Part shown: positions 41,356 to 51,569 of the stretch, piece after piece
How positions within the stretch are numbered: position 1 is the stretch's first letter
How the letters are laid out: every line of letters starts with the position of its first letter
Origin: an uncultured Desulfosarcina sp.
GTDB lineage: Bacteria; Desulfobacterota; Desulfobacteria; Desulfobacterales; Desulfosarcinaceae
DNA: 64,000 nucleotides
Assembly: GCA_963674945.2 (NCBI GenBank)
Contig: CAXXWQ010000003.1
Coordinates: 512,001-576,000 of the forward strand
Direction: 5' to 3'
Translations under genes and position numbers: made by a program
The notes under the pieces: model-generated
Told to the model about the DNA's origin: nothing
Databases searched by the model: none
The model's input: only the letters and a program-made list of their open reading frames with translations

Positions 41356-41372
41356 AGCAACTCGTGTGCCAA
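41356..41372 (-). promoter_or_regulatory. sigma54 (-24/-12) promoter
   Basis: TTGGCACACGAGTTGCT matches TGGCAC-N5-TTGC. Confidence 0.8.
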
Positions 41373-41629
41373 ATGACATAAAACCAATGATTACAATCTG
41401 TTTTCGATTTCGTGAAGGTGGATTGGCTACAAAAAGAGGGGATGGATTGATTCAATATGAAGCAGCAAGCGGGATTATTTGCGGATATCGCACCGTTTTC
41501 ATTACACAATTTGTTTTACGCGACATAATGAAGCAATAACAGCCATCGGGCAATTTGAAGCAGGGCGAAAAGGATATGAGGCAAATTCCTGGATGCACCA
41601 AGAATTCAAAGGGATTTATAAAGGAGGGG

Positions 41630-43627
41630 TCAGTTGAGGAGGTTTTCAAACATTTTCTTTTCCGGTATGGCCCTGGATGTTTCGTCCAACAATTGTCTCA
41701 CCTTTTTGGAAAGCGTGAAGATGTTATAGGGCTTTTGGATAAACCCATTGCACCCTCTCTCGATGATCTTTTCCGCCTGTCCCCTGATGGCGTATCCGCT
41801 GGAGAGCAGGATCGGAAGAAGTGGACAGATCTCGCGGATCCGATCAAAAGTCCGCCCTCCATCCAGACCGGGCATGACCATATCCAAAATCACCAGATCG
41901 ATCTCTTCCCCCAGGCGATGAACCACCTCGATGGACGACTTTCCACTATTGGCGGAGATGACGCGATAACCGAGTTTTTCAAGCAGCGCCTTTCCCACGT
42001 CGATGACCATCTCTTCATCGTCAACCAACAGGATCGTCTCACAGCCCTTGGTGATTTCCATTTTTGACGTAAGATCCGTAACGGCACATTTGTTTGAAAC
42101 GGGAAGATAAATGGAAAAGGTCGTCCCATATCCGAGCTCACTGGTGACGATTATGAATCCGCCGTGGTTCTTGATGATCCCGTATGCGGAGGCAAGGCCC
42201 AATCCCGTGCCTCGCCCTTTTTTCTTGGTCGTGAAAAAGGGATCGAAAATATGCGGCAATGTCTTTTTATCCATACCGATGCCGTTGTCCGTAATCGTGA
42301 TCTGCGCGTAGCACCCCGGATTCACCTGATGGGACCTGCAAATTTTCTCGTCCAATTCGACAATCGCGGAGGCCAATCGTAAGACGCCCCCTTCAGGCAT
42401 GGCTTGCCAGGCATTGACGAACAGGTTCAAGAACACCTGTTCCATCTGCCTGCGGTCGGCGTCCACGACGATATCCGCATTCTCGAGTTGAGACTCGATG
42501 ATGATCTCCTTCTTCGTCCTGCCGAACATATTGGCGCTCTTTTCAAGCAGCCCGTTCATATCGGTGGGTTTGACTTCGAATTTTCCGCCGCGGGCAAACC
42601 CCAGCAGTTGTTGGGTAAGATATGCCGCACTGCGTACGTGTTCATCGATGGCTTGAAGGTGCTCCCAATGGGGATGGTCTTTCTCCAATTCCATGGACAT
42701 CAAGGTGGACCGCCCCTGGATGCCCGTCAGTAGATTGTTAAAGTCGTGTGCGATGCCCCCTGCCAGAGAGCCCAGGGACTTCATTCGTTCGGCGCTCTCC
42801 AATTGGGCCTGTATCCGCTTTCTTTCACTGATGTCCCGAATTACACCGTGGGTCCCGCGTCGTTTGTTTTCCCTGCTTTCGATACCGTCGCCGTAAGTCC
42901 CCATGGTTTTAAGTTCGACGGGCAAATAGGGATCGGAAACCTTGTATTTGAGCTTCGCCCCGTTTACCTTCAGACGCAGTTCGATACTCGATGAAAACCG
43001 TTCTTTGACGTTTCCCACGTTCAAGGACCGCTCGGCTCTTTCGAGATCCTCATCGTGGACGATATGCAAAAAGTGCTTTCCGATAAGTTCATGGCCGGAA
43101 AAACCCAGCATGCCTTCCACCGCTTCACTGACAAAAGTAAACCGCCCCTTCGTGTCCAGCGTATAGATGACATCCGGGCTGTTTTGTACCAAATCACGAT
43201 ATTTTTTTTCCGAGATCTGCAGCTTTTCGTTGATACTGTCTTTTTCCCGCTGCAACTTTTTTTGTTGGAGGGCGTTTTCGACGGTTTTGAGAAATTCTTC
43301 GAATTCGAATGGCTTGCGCAGGTAATCGTAAGCGCCACATTGCAAGGCGGCAAGGGCGGAGTCCAGGTTGGCGTCCGCGGTAATCAACACCACCATTGTT
43401 TCCGGGCAATGGCTGGAAACGTCCTTCAATATGTCGGTTCCCAGCATGTCCGGCAGATGGACATCCAGAATCACCAGATCGAATCTGTTTTTTTCCAGAA
43501 TCGCAAAGGCGTCCATCCCGCAATTTGCAGTCTGGATGTCATAGTTCTTTGCCGTAAGAAGATAGGCAAGACTCTCACACAACCGTTTTTCGTCATCAAC
43601 AATCAATATCTTCGGTGTTCGTCGCAT
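41630..43627 (-). CDS. hybrid kinase REC-PAS-HisKA-HATPase-REC
   Basis: ILIVDD, PAS, AHDFNN, FDPFFTTK..GTGLGL, C-terminal REC. Confidence 0.92.
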   Translation of the reverse strand: MRRTPKILIVDDEKRLCESLAYLLTAKNYDIQTANCGMDAFAILEKNRFDLVILDVHLPDMLGTDILKDVSSHCPETMVVLITADANLDSALAALQCGAYDYLRKPFEFEEFLKTVENALQQKKLQREKDSINEKLQISEKKYRDLVQNSPDVIYTLDTKGRFTFVSEAVEGMLGFSGHELIGKHFLHIVHDEDLERAERSLNVGNVKERFSSSIELRLKVNGAKLKYKVSDPYLPVELKTMGTYGDGIESRENKRRGTHGVIRDISERKRIQAQLESAERMKSLGSLAGGIAHDFNNLLTGIQGRSTLMSMELEKDHPHWEHLQAIDEHVRSAAYLTQQLLGFARGGKFEVKPTDMNGLLEKSANMFGRTKKEIIIESQLENADIVVDADRRQMEQVFLNLFVNAWQAMPEGGVLRLASAIVELDEKICRSHQVNPGCYAQITITDNGIGMDKKTLPHIFDPFFTTKKKGRGTGLGLASAYGIIKNHGGFIIVTSELGYGTTFSIYLPVSNKCAVTDLTSKMEITKGCETILLVDDEEMVIDVGKALLEKLGYRVISANSGKSSIEVVHRLGEEIDLVILDMVMPGLDGGRTFDRIREICPLLPILLSSGYAIRGQAEKIIERGCNGFIQKPYNIFTLSKKVRQLLDETSRAIPEKKMFENLLN

Positions 43628-43697
43628 CGCAAATTCCACCCATTTCCGGTTTGAAACAAAAGACGAAAGAAAAAACGCCTTGTTCATCCACTGCCAT

Positions 43698-45869
43698 TTA
43701 CTTTACGGGCAACTCGATAATGAATGTCGTTCCACTGCCATCCTCGCTCTCACAGGTAATCTTCCCATGAAAGGTTTTAATGATGTTATAGACGATGGAA
43801 AGGCCCAATCCGGAATGCCCGTCCGCCTTGGAACTGACGTACGGATCAAACAACTTCTCCTTTATGTCATCCGGGATGCCGGGTCCATCGTCCTTTACTA
43901 TGACTTCGACATATCCGGTACGCCCTCGATTTTCGATCTGGGGCCTGCTGCCGATGGGCGAAGGGATACTGCGCGTCTGGATGGTCAGGTTTCCACCCGA
44001 CGCCATCGCTTCTGCCGCATTCTTCATGAGATTGATAAAGACCTGCTTTAGCCCTGCGTTTTCCGCAGCGACCTGGGGCAGGTCCGGCTGCAAGTCGGTA
44101 TGCAGTGTCACGTGGGAATGCCGGAGCAAGGAATCCCTTGTCAGTTTGACGATATCCGAAATCAGTTCGTTAACGTTCGTGCTTTCGTAATCCGAGGGCT
44201 TTTCCGAAGAAATGACGGTCAGCTTATTCAACAGCAGGGAAACACGGTTGATCTCTTCATTGATGATCTGCAGCTCTTCCTGGGCGATGTTTATGTCGGA
44301 CAGTTTTAACTGCAGGATTTTCAGGTAGTTTTTGATGATGCTCAAGGGGTTGTTGACTTCATGGACCACTCTTCTGGCCATGTCGGCCGATGCGTCGACC
44401 CGCTTTTCGCGAACATCTTGCAACTGGTCGCGTTTGAGTTGGTCCAATCGCAAGGCAAGAGCGCCCTTGTGGATAAAAATACGCAACAGTTTCCGGTTTT
44501 CCTCGATGTGCGGCAGGTCCCCTTTTCCAATGGACAGGACAAGGACGCCCACCATATCCTCATTCGTATGCATGGGAAGGCAATAGACGCCATCGCCCCC
44601 GGTAAGACGAATGATCTGCTCGTCCAAAATCGTCAGTCCGCTCTCTTCCGCTTGCTCGAAAGAGGAGACGAACTTTGTTTCGGCCAGTGACCGCACAAGA
44701 AGACTGTCACCTAAATCCATGGATATGGATAGGCTGGAAAGTCTGGAGAAACCACCCTCCTTGTTGCGGGAATAACCGAAAAGTGCCCGCTTTTTGCCAT
44801 CGAAAAGGAAAAACAGGAATCGGTCGAGGTCCAACAGGATTTTCAATCCATCCGACATAACGGATAGGATGTCGCTTCTGCTTCCGGCGGCCAGGAACCC
44901 TTCGAGTGATCCCACGAGCAAGGAGACGTTCTGAACATCTTGAACGAGGTTGTCCCGAATTTTTCGGTCTTTTTCATCAGACGTTTCATCGGCGTGCGGT
45001 ACGCTGGCCGGAGTGTCGCTCTGAATATCGATGCCCAGGGCATCGGCCACCTCTTTTCCCTCCGCGACGATCTTGTCGATAAAAACCCGGCACGCTTGCT
45101 CACCCAACCCCAGGATCTTGTGGGCGAGTTTGAATCCTTCCGCCACTGTCTCTTCGTCATCATGACAGAGCAAATTCGAGACATGGACAACTTGGGTCGT
45201 GGGAAGGGCTTGGGCGATTCGGGCGGCGGGTTCATGGTGATACCGCACCGAATCGGCGACCACCGTATAAAATTTCCATCGGTTGAGAAGCCAGGCCCCC
45301 ACTTCGCTGTGGGTCGCTCCCAAGCGCGCTTCTCCCGTGACGAGGCAGGACCGGTCGCCTTGACACTCGTTAAAAAGCGCCTCGTAGTCCATACCGCAAT
45401 GGGACCACAACACCAATTTGCCGATGTCGTGCAGCAGCCCCGAAATGAAAGCGTCATCGGTCTGATCGATTTTCAGCTCATTGGCGATATGCTGGGACAA
45501 GATGGCACACCGGATGGAATGCCACCAAAATGCTTTCAACGGAAATCGGCCCGCTTTTTTCGGTTTGGGAAAGGCCTCGTAGACACAGGCACAGATGGCC
45601 ATGTTTTTTAGGCCGCTGGTGCCGATCAGGGCGACGGCCTGCTGGATCTCCCGGACCTTTTGACGCAGTCCGAAATAAGCCGAATTGACGAGTTTCAACA
45701 GCTTGGCACAAAGGGCGGGATCCTTGCCGACGATGGCGGCGATCTCATCAAAATTAATGTTCTCCTTGCCGCAGGCATCGAAGAGACGGAGCAGTATATG
45801 CGGAAGCGTAGGCAGGTTATGCAGACGAGACAGTCGATCAAAAAAAGGATTCTGCGCTTTCATTATCAC
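43698..45869 (-). CDS. HDOD-GAF-histidine kinase
   Basis: LPTLP, DPAL..LVNSAYF, LLHDIGKL, HEVNNPL, GLGL. Confidence 0.9.
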   Translation of the reverse strand: MIMKAQNPFFDRLSRLHNLPTLPHILLRLFDACGKENINFDEIAAIVGKDPALCAKLLKLVNSAYFGLRQKVREIQQAVALIGTSGLKNMAICACVYEAFPKPKKAGRFPLKAFWWHSIRCAILSQHIANELKIDQTDDAFISGLLHDIGKLVLWSHCGMDYEALFNECQGDRSCLVTGEARLGATHSEVGAWLLNRWKFYTVVADSVRYHHEPAARIAQALPTTQVVHVSNLLCHDDEETVAEGFKLAHKILGLGEQACRVFIDKIVAEGKEVADALGIDIQSDTPASVPHADETSDEKDRKIRDNLVQDVQNVSLLVGSLEGFLAAGSRSDILSVMSDGLKILLDLDRFLFFLFDGKKRALFGYSRNKEGGFSRLSSLSISMDLGDSLLVRSLAETKFVSSFEQAEESGLTILDEQIIRLTGGDGVYCLPMHTNEDMVGVLVLSIGKGDLPHIEENRKLLRIFIHKGALALRLDQLKRDQLQDVREKRVDASADMARRVVHEVNNPLSIIKNYLKILQLKLSDINIAQEELQIINEEINRVSLLLNKLTVISSEKPSDYESTNVNELISDIVKLTRDSLLRHSHVTLHTDLQPDLPQVAAENAGLKQVFINLMKNAAEAMASGGNLTIQTRSIPSPIGSRPQIENRGRTGYVEVIVKDDGPGIPDDIKEKLFDPYVSSKADGHSGLGLSIVYNIIKTFHGKITCESEDGSGTTFIIELPVK

Positions 45870-46089
45870 CGGCCTTCTATAACAGAAGAATTCCCCAACA
45901 AAATACGTTCACGGTCAATCAGCACATCAATACGTAACGCTGTTCACCCTTTTTCATTTAAAAAATAACGTGTTATCTTTTTTTGTATTGCCGAGCGAAC
46001 AGAATCATGGAAGAGAGCCGATGCCACCTGGATCTCATCCGGTTTCTCCCACAATAGACTGTATCGGTCCTGTTCGTTTAGGCTTTACA

Positions 46090-46380
46090 TTATTTTTTTA
46101 TTTCGTTCCTTTCGTATAAGTCATCCAGCACCTTCTTCAGGTAACTGCCCTTTTTCTTCAGAAGCTTGGACCCACGGGTAATCTTGCACAGACTGATCTT
46201 TCGATCGGTGGCGATTTTTCGCTGGGTCTTTCCTTCGTACAGGTCCTTTAGCAATTGCCATCGCAAAGTGAGTGTGTCGATCTCTTTGGGGGTGAAAATC
46301 TCCTGAAACAACAGGACCATGGATTTTCGATCGTTGGTTTGCACAAAAATATCGATGAGTTCTTCTGTTATCGGATTCAT
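46090..46380 (-). CDS. trpR: Trp repressor family transcriptional regulator
   Basis: FTPKEI..L.LRW, QRKIA, ISLCKITRGS. Confidence 0.85.
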   Translation of the reverse strand: MNPITEELIDIFVQTNDRKSMVLLFQEIFTPKEIDTLTLRWQLLKDLYEGKTQRKIATDRKISLCKITRGSKLLKKKGSYLKKVLDDLYERNEIKK

Positions 46381-46674
46381 GGAGCAACCTTTGGGTCCGG
46401 CCTGCCGAAACCAGTGGGGAAGAACATCGGATGACGACGATGGACATCGTGTGCAGGCCCTTTGTCTTCCTCTCACGAACGGTTTACAATTGCCGCCTCC
46501 CATCGTTGGGATTGCAATTTTACTGTTTTTTTGGGATGCATGGTTTCCACATACGCTGACCGGCCCGGGCCGACACCCCCGTTTCCGGTTGCGTTGTGGA
46601 TGAAATTTCTTTCAGATTTCAATTATATAAGTTAAAACATAGAAGAAATCTCGTTGAAAAGAAAGGAAAAAGTG

Positions 46675-47664
46675 ATGAAAATCCGAATCGGCACCCTGAC
46701 CGGCCTCATGCTAATTGTTGCCATGTTCTTCGTTTCGACAACCGCGGCGTCGGATGCCCTCCTCATCGGCATCTCGAAAATCGTCTCCCACCCGGCATTG
46801 GATGCCGTGGAGCGGGGAATCCAGGAAGAGGTCAAGGACAAGTATCCCGACGCACGATTCGACGCACAGAACGCAAACGGGGAAATGTCCACCGCCTCCT
46901 CCATCGCACAGAAGTTCAAATCGGAAGATGTTACCCTGGCGGTGGGGATCGCGACGCCCACCGCCCAGGCACTGTTCAATACCATCAAGGACCGCCCCGT
47001 GATTTTCAGTGCCGTTACCGATCCGGTGGCCGCGGGGTTGGTCGCATCGACGGACAAGGGGGAAACATTCATCACCGGCATCTCGGACATGACCCCGGTC
47101 AGGGCGCAGATCGAACTGCTCAACCGGATCAAGCCCATCAAGACCTTGGGGCATGTTTACGCCAGCAGCGAGGCCAATGCCGTGAGTCTTGCCGCCATCG
47201 CCCGGGACGTATGCAAACAGATGGGCATCAAATTCGTCGAAACCACCGTCTCCAACTCGGCGGAAGTAAAACAGGCCGTTCAGACCCTCGCCGGTCGGGT
47301 GGACGGCATCTATATCTCCAACGACAACACCGTGGTATCGGCCCTGGCCGCCGTATCCAGTGTGGCCGGAAAGCACAACATCCCGGTCATGTCCGCCGAC
47401 CCCAGCAGCGCCGAATCCACGCCCGTCCTGGCGGCCTGGGGCTTCGACTACTACAAGATGGGCAAGGCCACCGGCCGGTTGGTGAATCGTATTCTCGCCG
47501 GAGAAAAGCCCGCGGCCATTCCCACCATTTACATGACCGATGCATCGGATGTGGATCTTTTGATCAACCTGGATGTGGCCGAGGAACTGGGATTGACGAT
47601 TCCGGCGGACATTCTGGACAAGGCCAACACCATCATCAAAGGTGGCAAATTAACGAAACGATAG
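46675..47664 (+). CDS. ABC transporter substrate-binding protein (TrpX-like)
   Basis: SHPALD, IATPTAQ, FSAVTDPV, TGISD, DNTV. Confidence 0.9.
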   Translation: MKIRIGTLTGLMLIVAMFFVSTTAASDALLIGISKIVSHPALDAVERGIQEEVKDKYPDARFDAQNANGEMSTASSIAQKFKSEDVTLAVGIATPTAQALFNTIKDRPVIFSAVTDPVAAGLVASTDKGETFITGISDMTPVRAQIELLNRIKPIKTLGHVYASSEANAVSLAAIARDVCKQMGIKFVETTVSNSAEVKQAVQTLAGRVDGIYISNDNTVVSALAAVSSVAGKHNIPVMSADPSSAESTPVLAAWGFDYYKMGKATGRLVNRILAGEKPAAIPTIYMTDASDVDLLINLDVAEELGLTIPADILDKANTIIKGGKLTKR

Positions 47665-47686
47665 TACAAAACAGGGAATTCCCAGA

Positions 47687-48583
47687 ATGCTCGAAGGAAT
47701 CTTTGTCGAAGGTCTCATCTACGCCATCATGGCATTGGGCGTATTCTTCACCTTCCGCATACTCGATTTTCCGGACCTGACCGTGGACGGCAGTTTTCCC
47801 ATGGGAGCCGTCATCATGGCCGCGACCTTGACCGGCGGGATGAATCCTGCGGCAGGATTGTTGCTGGCCTTTGCAGGAGGTGTTGCGGCCGGCTGCGTGA
47901 CGGCGGCCATTCACAACCGGCTCAAGGTTCCTCACCTATTGGCCGGTATTCTCACCATGACCATGCTCTATTCCGTCAACATCCGGATACTGGACAACCG
48001 GGCCAACCTTCCTCTCATGCGCGTCGATACCGTGGTCACCCAGGTGACCGCGGCCGCCAACGGAACCCTTCCCAGCGAATGGGCCCTTTTGCTCTTCTTC
48101 GCGGCGGTGGTGCTGGTCATCAAGTTCGCTCTGGATCTTTTCTTTCATACGGACATGGGGCTGGTGTTCGGCGCCCTTGGCAACAACGAACAGATGGTCC
48201 GGGTCCAGGGCGTCAACCCGGCCACGCTCAAACTCATCGGCGTGGGGTTGTCCAATGGGCTGGTGGCCCTGTCCGGCGCCTTCGCCGCCCAGTATCAGGG
48301 ATTTGCCGACGTGAACCTGGGACAGGGAATCGTGGTTTCCGGACTGGCGTCGGTGATGCTCGGCGAGTTTCTCATCAAGTCCAACCGCATCGGTATGCTC
48401 ACCTTGCGCGTGATCCTCGGTACGATTCTCTTCAAAGCCATCATGTATCTGGGCCGTTTTTACGGGTATACCATCAACATGACCCCCAACGATCTGAAAC
48501 TTATCGCCGGGGTTCTCATCATCGCCTCGCTGGCCGTGACCAACTACCGCCGGATCCGCGGCAAGGAGCAGACCGACTCGTGA
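47687..48583 (+). CDS. ABC transporter permease
   Basis: FPDLTVDGSF, LLAGILTMT.LYSVN, QYQGFADV. Confidence 0.9.
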   Translation: MLEGIFVEGLIYAIMALGVFFTFRILDFPDLTVDGSFPMGAVIMAATLTGGMNPAAGLLLAFAGGVAAGCVTAAIHNRLKVPHLLAGILTMTMLYSVNIRILDNRANLPLMRVDTVVTQVTAAANGTLPSEWALLLFFAAVVLVIKFALDLFFHTDMGLVFGALGNNEQMVRVQGVNPATLKLIGVGLSNGLVALSGAFAAQYQGFADVNLGQGIVVSGLASVMLGEFLIKSNRIGMLTLRVILGTILFKAIMYLGRFYGYTINMTPNDLKLIAGVLIIASLAVTNYRRIRGKEQTDS

Positions 48584-49395
48584 TTCGACTGGAAGATGTC
48601 AACTGTACGTTTCACGCCGGCACACCCAATGCCAAGACGGTGATCCGGGATATCAACCTATCTGTGTCGCCCGGCGAATTCGTCACCATCATCGGCAGCA
48701 ACGGTGCCGGCAAGACCACACTCTTCAATCTGATCGCCGGCAGCCTCTACCCGACATCCGGCAGAATTTTCTTCAAAGAAAAAAATGTCACCGCAACACC
48801 CGAGTACAAGCGGGCCAAAACGGTCGGAAGGATCTTTCAAGACCCTTTGGTGGGTACCGCCTCCAACATGACGTTGGCGGACAACATGATGATTACCTGT
48901 ACAAAGGGCTTCAAATGGCCCGTCATCCACCTCAACCGAAAAATGCGTGCACGCTTTCGCGAGCAGCTGGTGCACTTGAAGATGGGCCTGGAATCGCGGA
49001 TGAAGGAAAACGTCAACACCCTTTCCGGCGGACAGCGCCAGGCATTGACCCTTCTGATGATGGTAATGTCAAGGCCGGACATCGCCCTTCTGGATGAACA
49101 CACCGCGGCCCTTGACCCCCAGAACGCCGCCATCGTCATGGACCTGACCACCCGGTTTGTGAAAACCCATCGGTTGACCACGCTGATGATCACCCATAAC
49201 ATGAACCATGCCATCGAATACGGCAGCCGACTGCTCATGATGGACGCCGGCGAGGTGATCATCGACGTCTCCGGCGCCGAAAAAACCAAGCTCACCGTTC
49301 CCAGACTGCTGGAGATGTTTTCCCATATCCGGCGCAAGGATTTCGAAAACGACGAGGTGCTGTTGTCCGCCGGGCCAAAAGCCCCACTACCATAA
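48580..49395 (+). CDS. ABC transporter ATP-binding protein
   Basis: GSNGAGKT, LSGGQRQ, LLDEHTAALDP; GTGA coupling to the permease. Confidence 0.92.
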   Translation: MIRLEDVNCTFHAGTPNAKTVIRDINLSVSPGEFVTIIGSNGAGKTTLFNLIAGSLYPTSGRIFFKEKNVTATPEYKRAKTVGRIFQDPLVGTASNMTLADNMMITCTKGFKWPVIHLNRKMRARFREQLVHLKMGLESRMKENVNTLSGGQRQALTLLMMVMSRPDIALLDEHTAALDPQNAAIVMDLTTRFVKTHRLTTLMITHNMNHAIEYGSRLLMMDAGEVIIDVSGAEKTKLTVPRLLEMFSHIRRKDFENDEVLLSAGPKAPLP

Positions 49396-49408
49396 TTCAG
49401 GAGTGCAC

Positions 49409-50098
49409 ATGCGCGCCCACTACCTGCAACATGTCCCCTTCGAGGGGCTGGGAAGTATCGAACCGTGGCTCGTGTCCGCCGGATACGAAATCACCTGTAC
49501 CCGACTTTTCAACGAAGAGGCCCTTCCCGCCATCCATGGGATCGACTTTCTCGTGGTGATGGGAGGGCCCATGAGCGTCAACGACGAGCACCTGTTTCCA
49601 TGGCTGCCGGCGGAAAAACAGTTCATTTACAGCGCAATGGATCGCGACCTGCCGGTGCTGGGCATCTGCCTGGGCGCCCAGCTTATCGCCAGTGCCGTGG
49701 GCAGTGCGGTATTTCCCAATACGGTCAAGGAGATCGGCTGGTATCCCATCCAAAAAACGGTGCCTGACGGAAAAGGGGTATTCGAATTTCCGCCATCGGT
49801 GGAGGTATTTCACTGGCACGGCGAGACCTTCGACCTGCCTCCGGGTGCCTGCCTGCTGGCCAGCAGCGAGGGCTGCGAGAATCAGGCGTTTCAGATGGGA
49901 CAAAGGGTGTTGGGCCTGCAGTTTCACCTGGAGACCACCCCCGCCTCGGCACGGGAGATCGTGACCCACTGCCGGGATGAACTGGTGCCATCCACAACCG
50001 TGCAGTCCGAATCGCAGATCCTGGCCGCAGCGCCGGAAAAGTATGAGATCATCAACGGGCTGATGGCGGATGTGCTCCGTTTCGTCACCCGGCCGTGA
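49409..50098 (+). CDS. class I glutamine amidotransferase
   Basis: QHVPFEG, MGGPMS, GICLGAQ, QFHLE. Confidence 0.9.
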   Translation: MRAHYLQHVPFEGLGSIEPWLVSAGYEITCTRLFNEEALPAIHGIDFLVVMGGPMSVNDEHLFPWLPAEKQFIYSAMDRDLPVLGICLGAQLIASAVGSAVFPNTVKEIGWYPIQKTVPDGKGVFEFPPSVEVFHWHGETFDLPPGACLLASSEGCENQAFQMGQRVLGLQFHLETTPASAREIVTHCRDELVPSTTVQSESQILAAAPEKYEIINGLMADVLRFVTRP

Positions 50099-50156
50099 TG
50101 TTCCGATAGCCGGTTCATGGCCCGCACAAGGGCCCCTTCCGGCGATGGAAACGCGC

Positions 50157-50996
50157 CTACAGCTTCAACAGCCGCCCGGCATTCTCGCCGCAGACCAGCT
50201 TCTTATCGGCATCTTTCAGACCGGCGGCATCCATCTCCTTGAAGTAGCGCTCCGGTTTGAGCAAAGGGTAGTCCGTGCCAAGCAGCACCTTTTCCAACCC
50301 GACCAGGTCCTTGGCATAGGAATAGATCCGATGGTCATACAGAAACGGTGATGCGGCGGTATCATAATAGACATTGGCCAGGGTCTCCCGCACCGCTTTT
50401 TTCAGCAGGTTGTAAAAGAATATACCGCCCCCCCAGTGTGCCAGCACGATGGTGTTGTCCGGAAACCGCTGGATGGTCTCGTAGATCTGCAGCATGGTGT
50501 TGGGGGTTTTTCCCGGATAGAGGTGCCCCACCTCTTCGTTGGTATGAAGCAGCACCGGCACGTTCCGCTGCCGGCACATGGCCATGATGGGATCGAGGCT
50601 CAACTGACACTGGCCATCGATACCGCACCCGTAGAAGGCCAGTTCCCCCACGCCGCTCAACCCGGCATCGAGGCATCGCTCGACCTCTCGGTCCGCATCC
50701 GGATCGAGGCTGTCCACGCAGCAAAGCCCTCGAAGACGTTCGGGATACCGACTCACCGCATCGAGGACGTAGTCGTTGTTGCGGCGACAGGTTTCGGGAT
50801 CATGCCAGGGAAACCCGAACACAACGGAAACGTCCACTTCCTGTTCGTCCATCGTGCGGACGATATCCGACGCAGAGACGAGTCTGGAACGGGGTGATTC
50901 GTATAGCAGCTTAAATTCCGGTTCATTATCGAAAAACCGTTCCCGGTGGTCACGAATTTCTGCAGGAAAGGTATGAACGTGAAAATCGACGATCAT
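50157..50996 (-). CDS. amidohydrolase family protein (Amidohydro_2)
   Basis: DFHVH, GEL, LAHWGGG, YDTAA, GTDYP. Confidence 0.88.
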   Translation of the reverse strand: MIVDFHVHTFPAEIRDHRERFFDNEPEFKLLYESPRSRLVSASDIVRTMDEQEVDVSVVFGFPWHDPETCRRNNDYVLDAVSRYPERLRGLCCVDSLDPDADREVERCLDAGLSGVGELAFYGCGIDGQCQLSLDPIMAMCRQRNVPVLLHTNEEVGHLYPGKTPNTMLQIYETIQRFPDNTIVLAHWGGGIFFYNLLKKAVRETLANVYYDTAASPFLYDHRIYSYAKDLVGLEKVLLGTDYPLLKPERYFKEMDAAGLKDADKKLVCGENAGRLLKL

Positions 50997-51198
50997 GGTG
51001 CGCTCCTTTTCCTAATTTGAAACATCCATCCAAAAAATAGCATTTCTGGATGGGTACTTGACTAACGGTTTTTTTCTTATACAATACGGCACACGCATGC
51101 AATATCCAATCTCCCGAATCAATCCGTTCGCAGCGGAAGAGAGCCTTGGAATCCGGGAAAACCGAGGTCACAGACGAAAAAAGTCATTCGATAATTCC

Positions 51199-51513
51199 AT
51201 GTTTTTAATCGCCGGTGTGCAACCCAAAACCAAACAATTGGATGAAGTTCCCCGACGCTGCCCGAACTGCGGATTGAATCAGGCATATACCACCCGGGTG
51301 GATCACTATGTAAGCCTCTTTTTCATTCCGCTGATCAGAGTCAAGCAGGGAGAACCATTTTTGCTCTGCCGGCATTGCCAAGGGCCGGTCAATGAAATCC
51401 GAACCGATGCCTCCAAGGATTCGGACATTTCGTCCACCGTCGTGTGCGCAGCCTGCAAAAGGGAATTTGACAAAGCGTTCAACTATTGTCCCCATTGCGG
51501 GCAGCGGGCATAG
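51199..51513 (+). CDS. zinc-ribbon domain protein
   Basis: CPNC, LFFIPL, CRHC, CAAC, CPHCG. Confidence 0.82.
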   Translation: MFLIAGVQPKTKQLDEVPRRCPNCGLNQAYTTRVDHYVSLFFIPLIRVKQGEPFLLCRHCQGPVNEIRTDASKDSDISSTVVCAACKREFDKAFNYCPHCGQRA

Positions 51514-51569
51514 GGACTCCGACGCATCGCGACGTGCCGTTTGAATCAAAATGTAAGGTCGAGATACCC

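Noticed and set aside
48079..48579. N-terminal extension of the ABC ATPase
   Set aside because: It overlaps the permease out of frame; the GTG start at 48580 is coupled to the permease stop.
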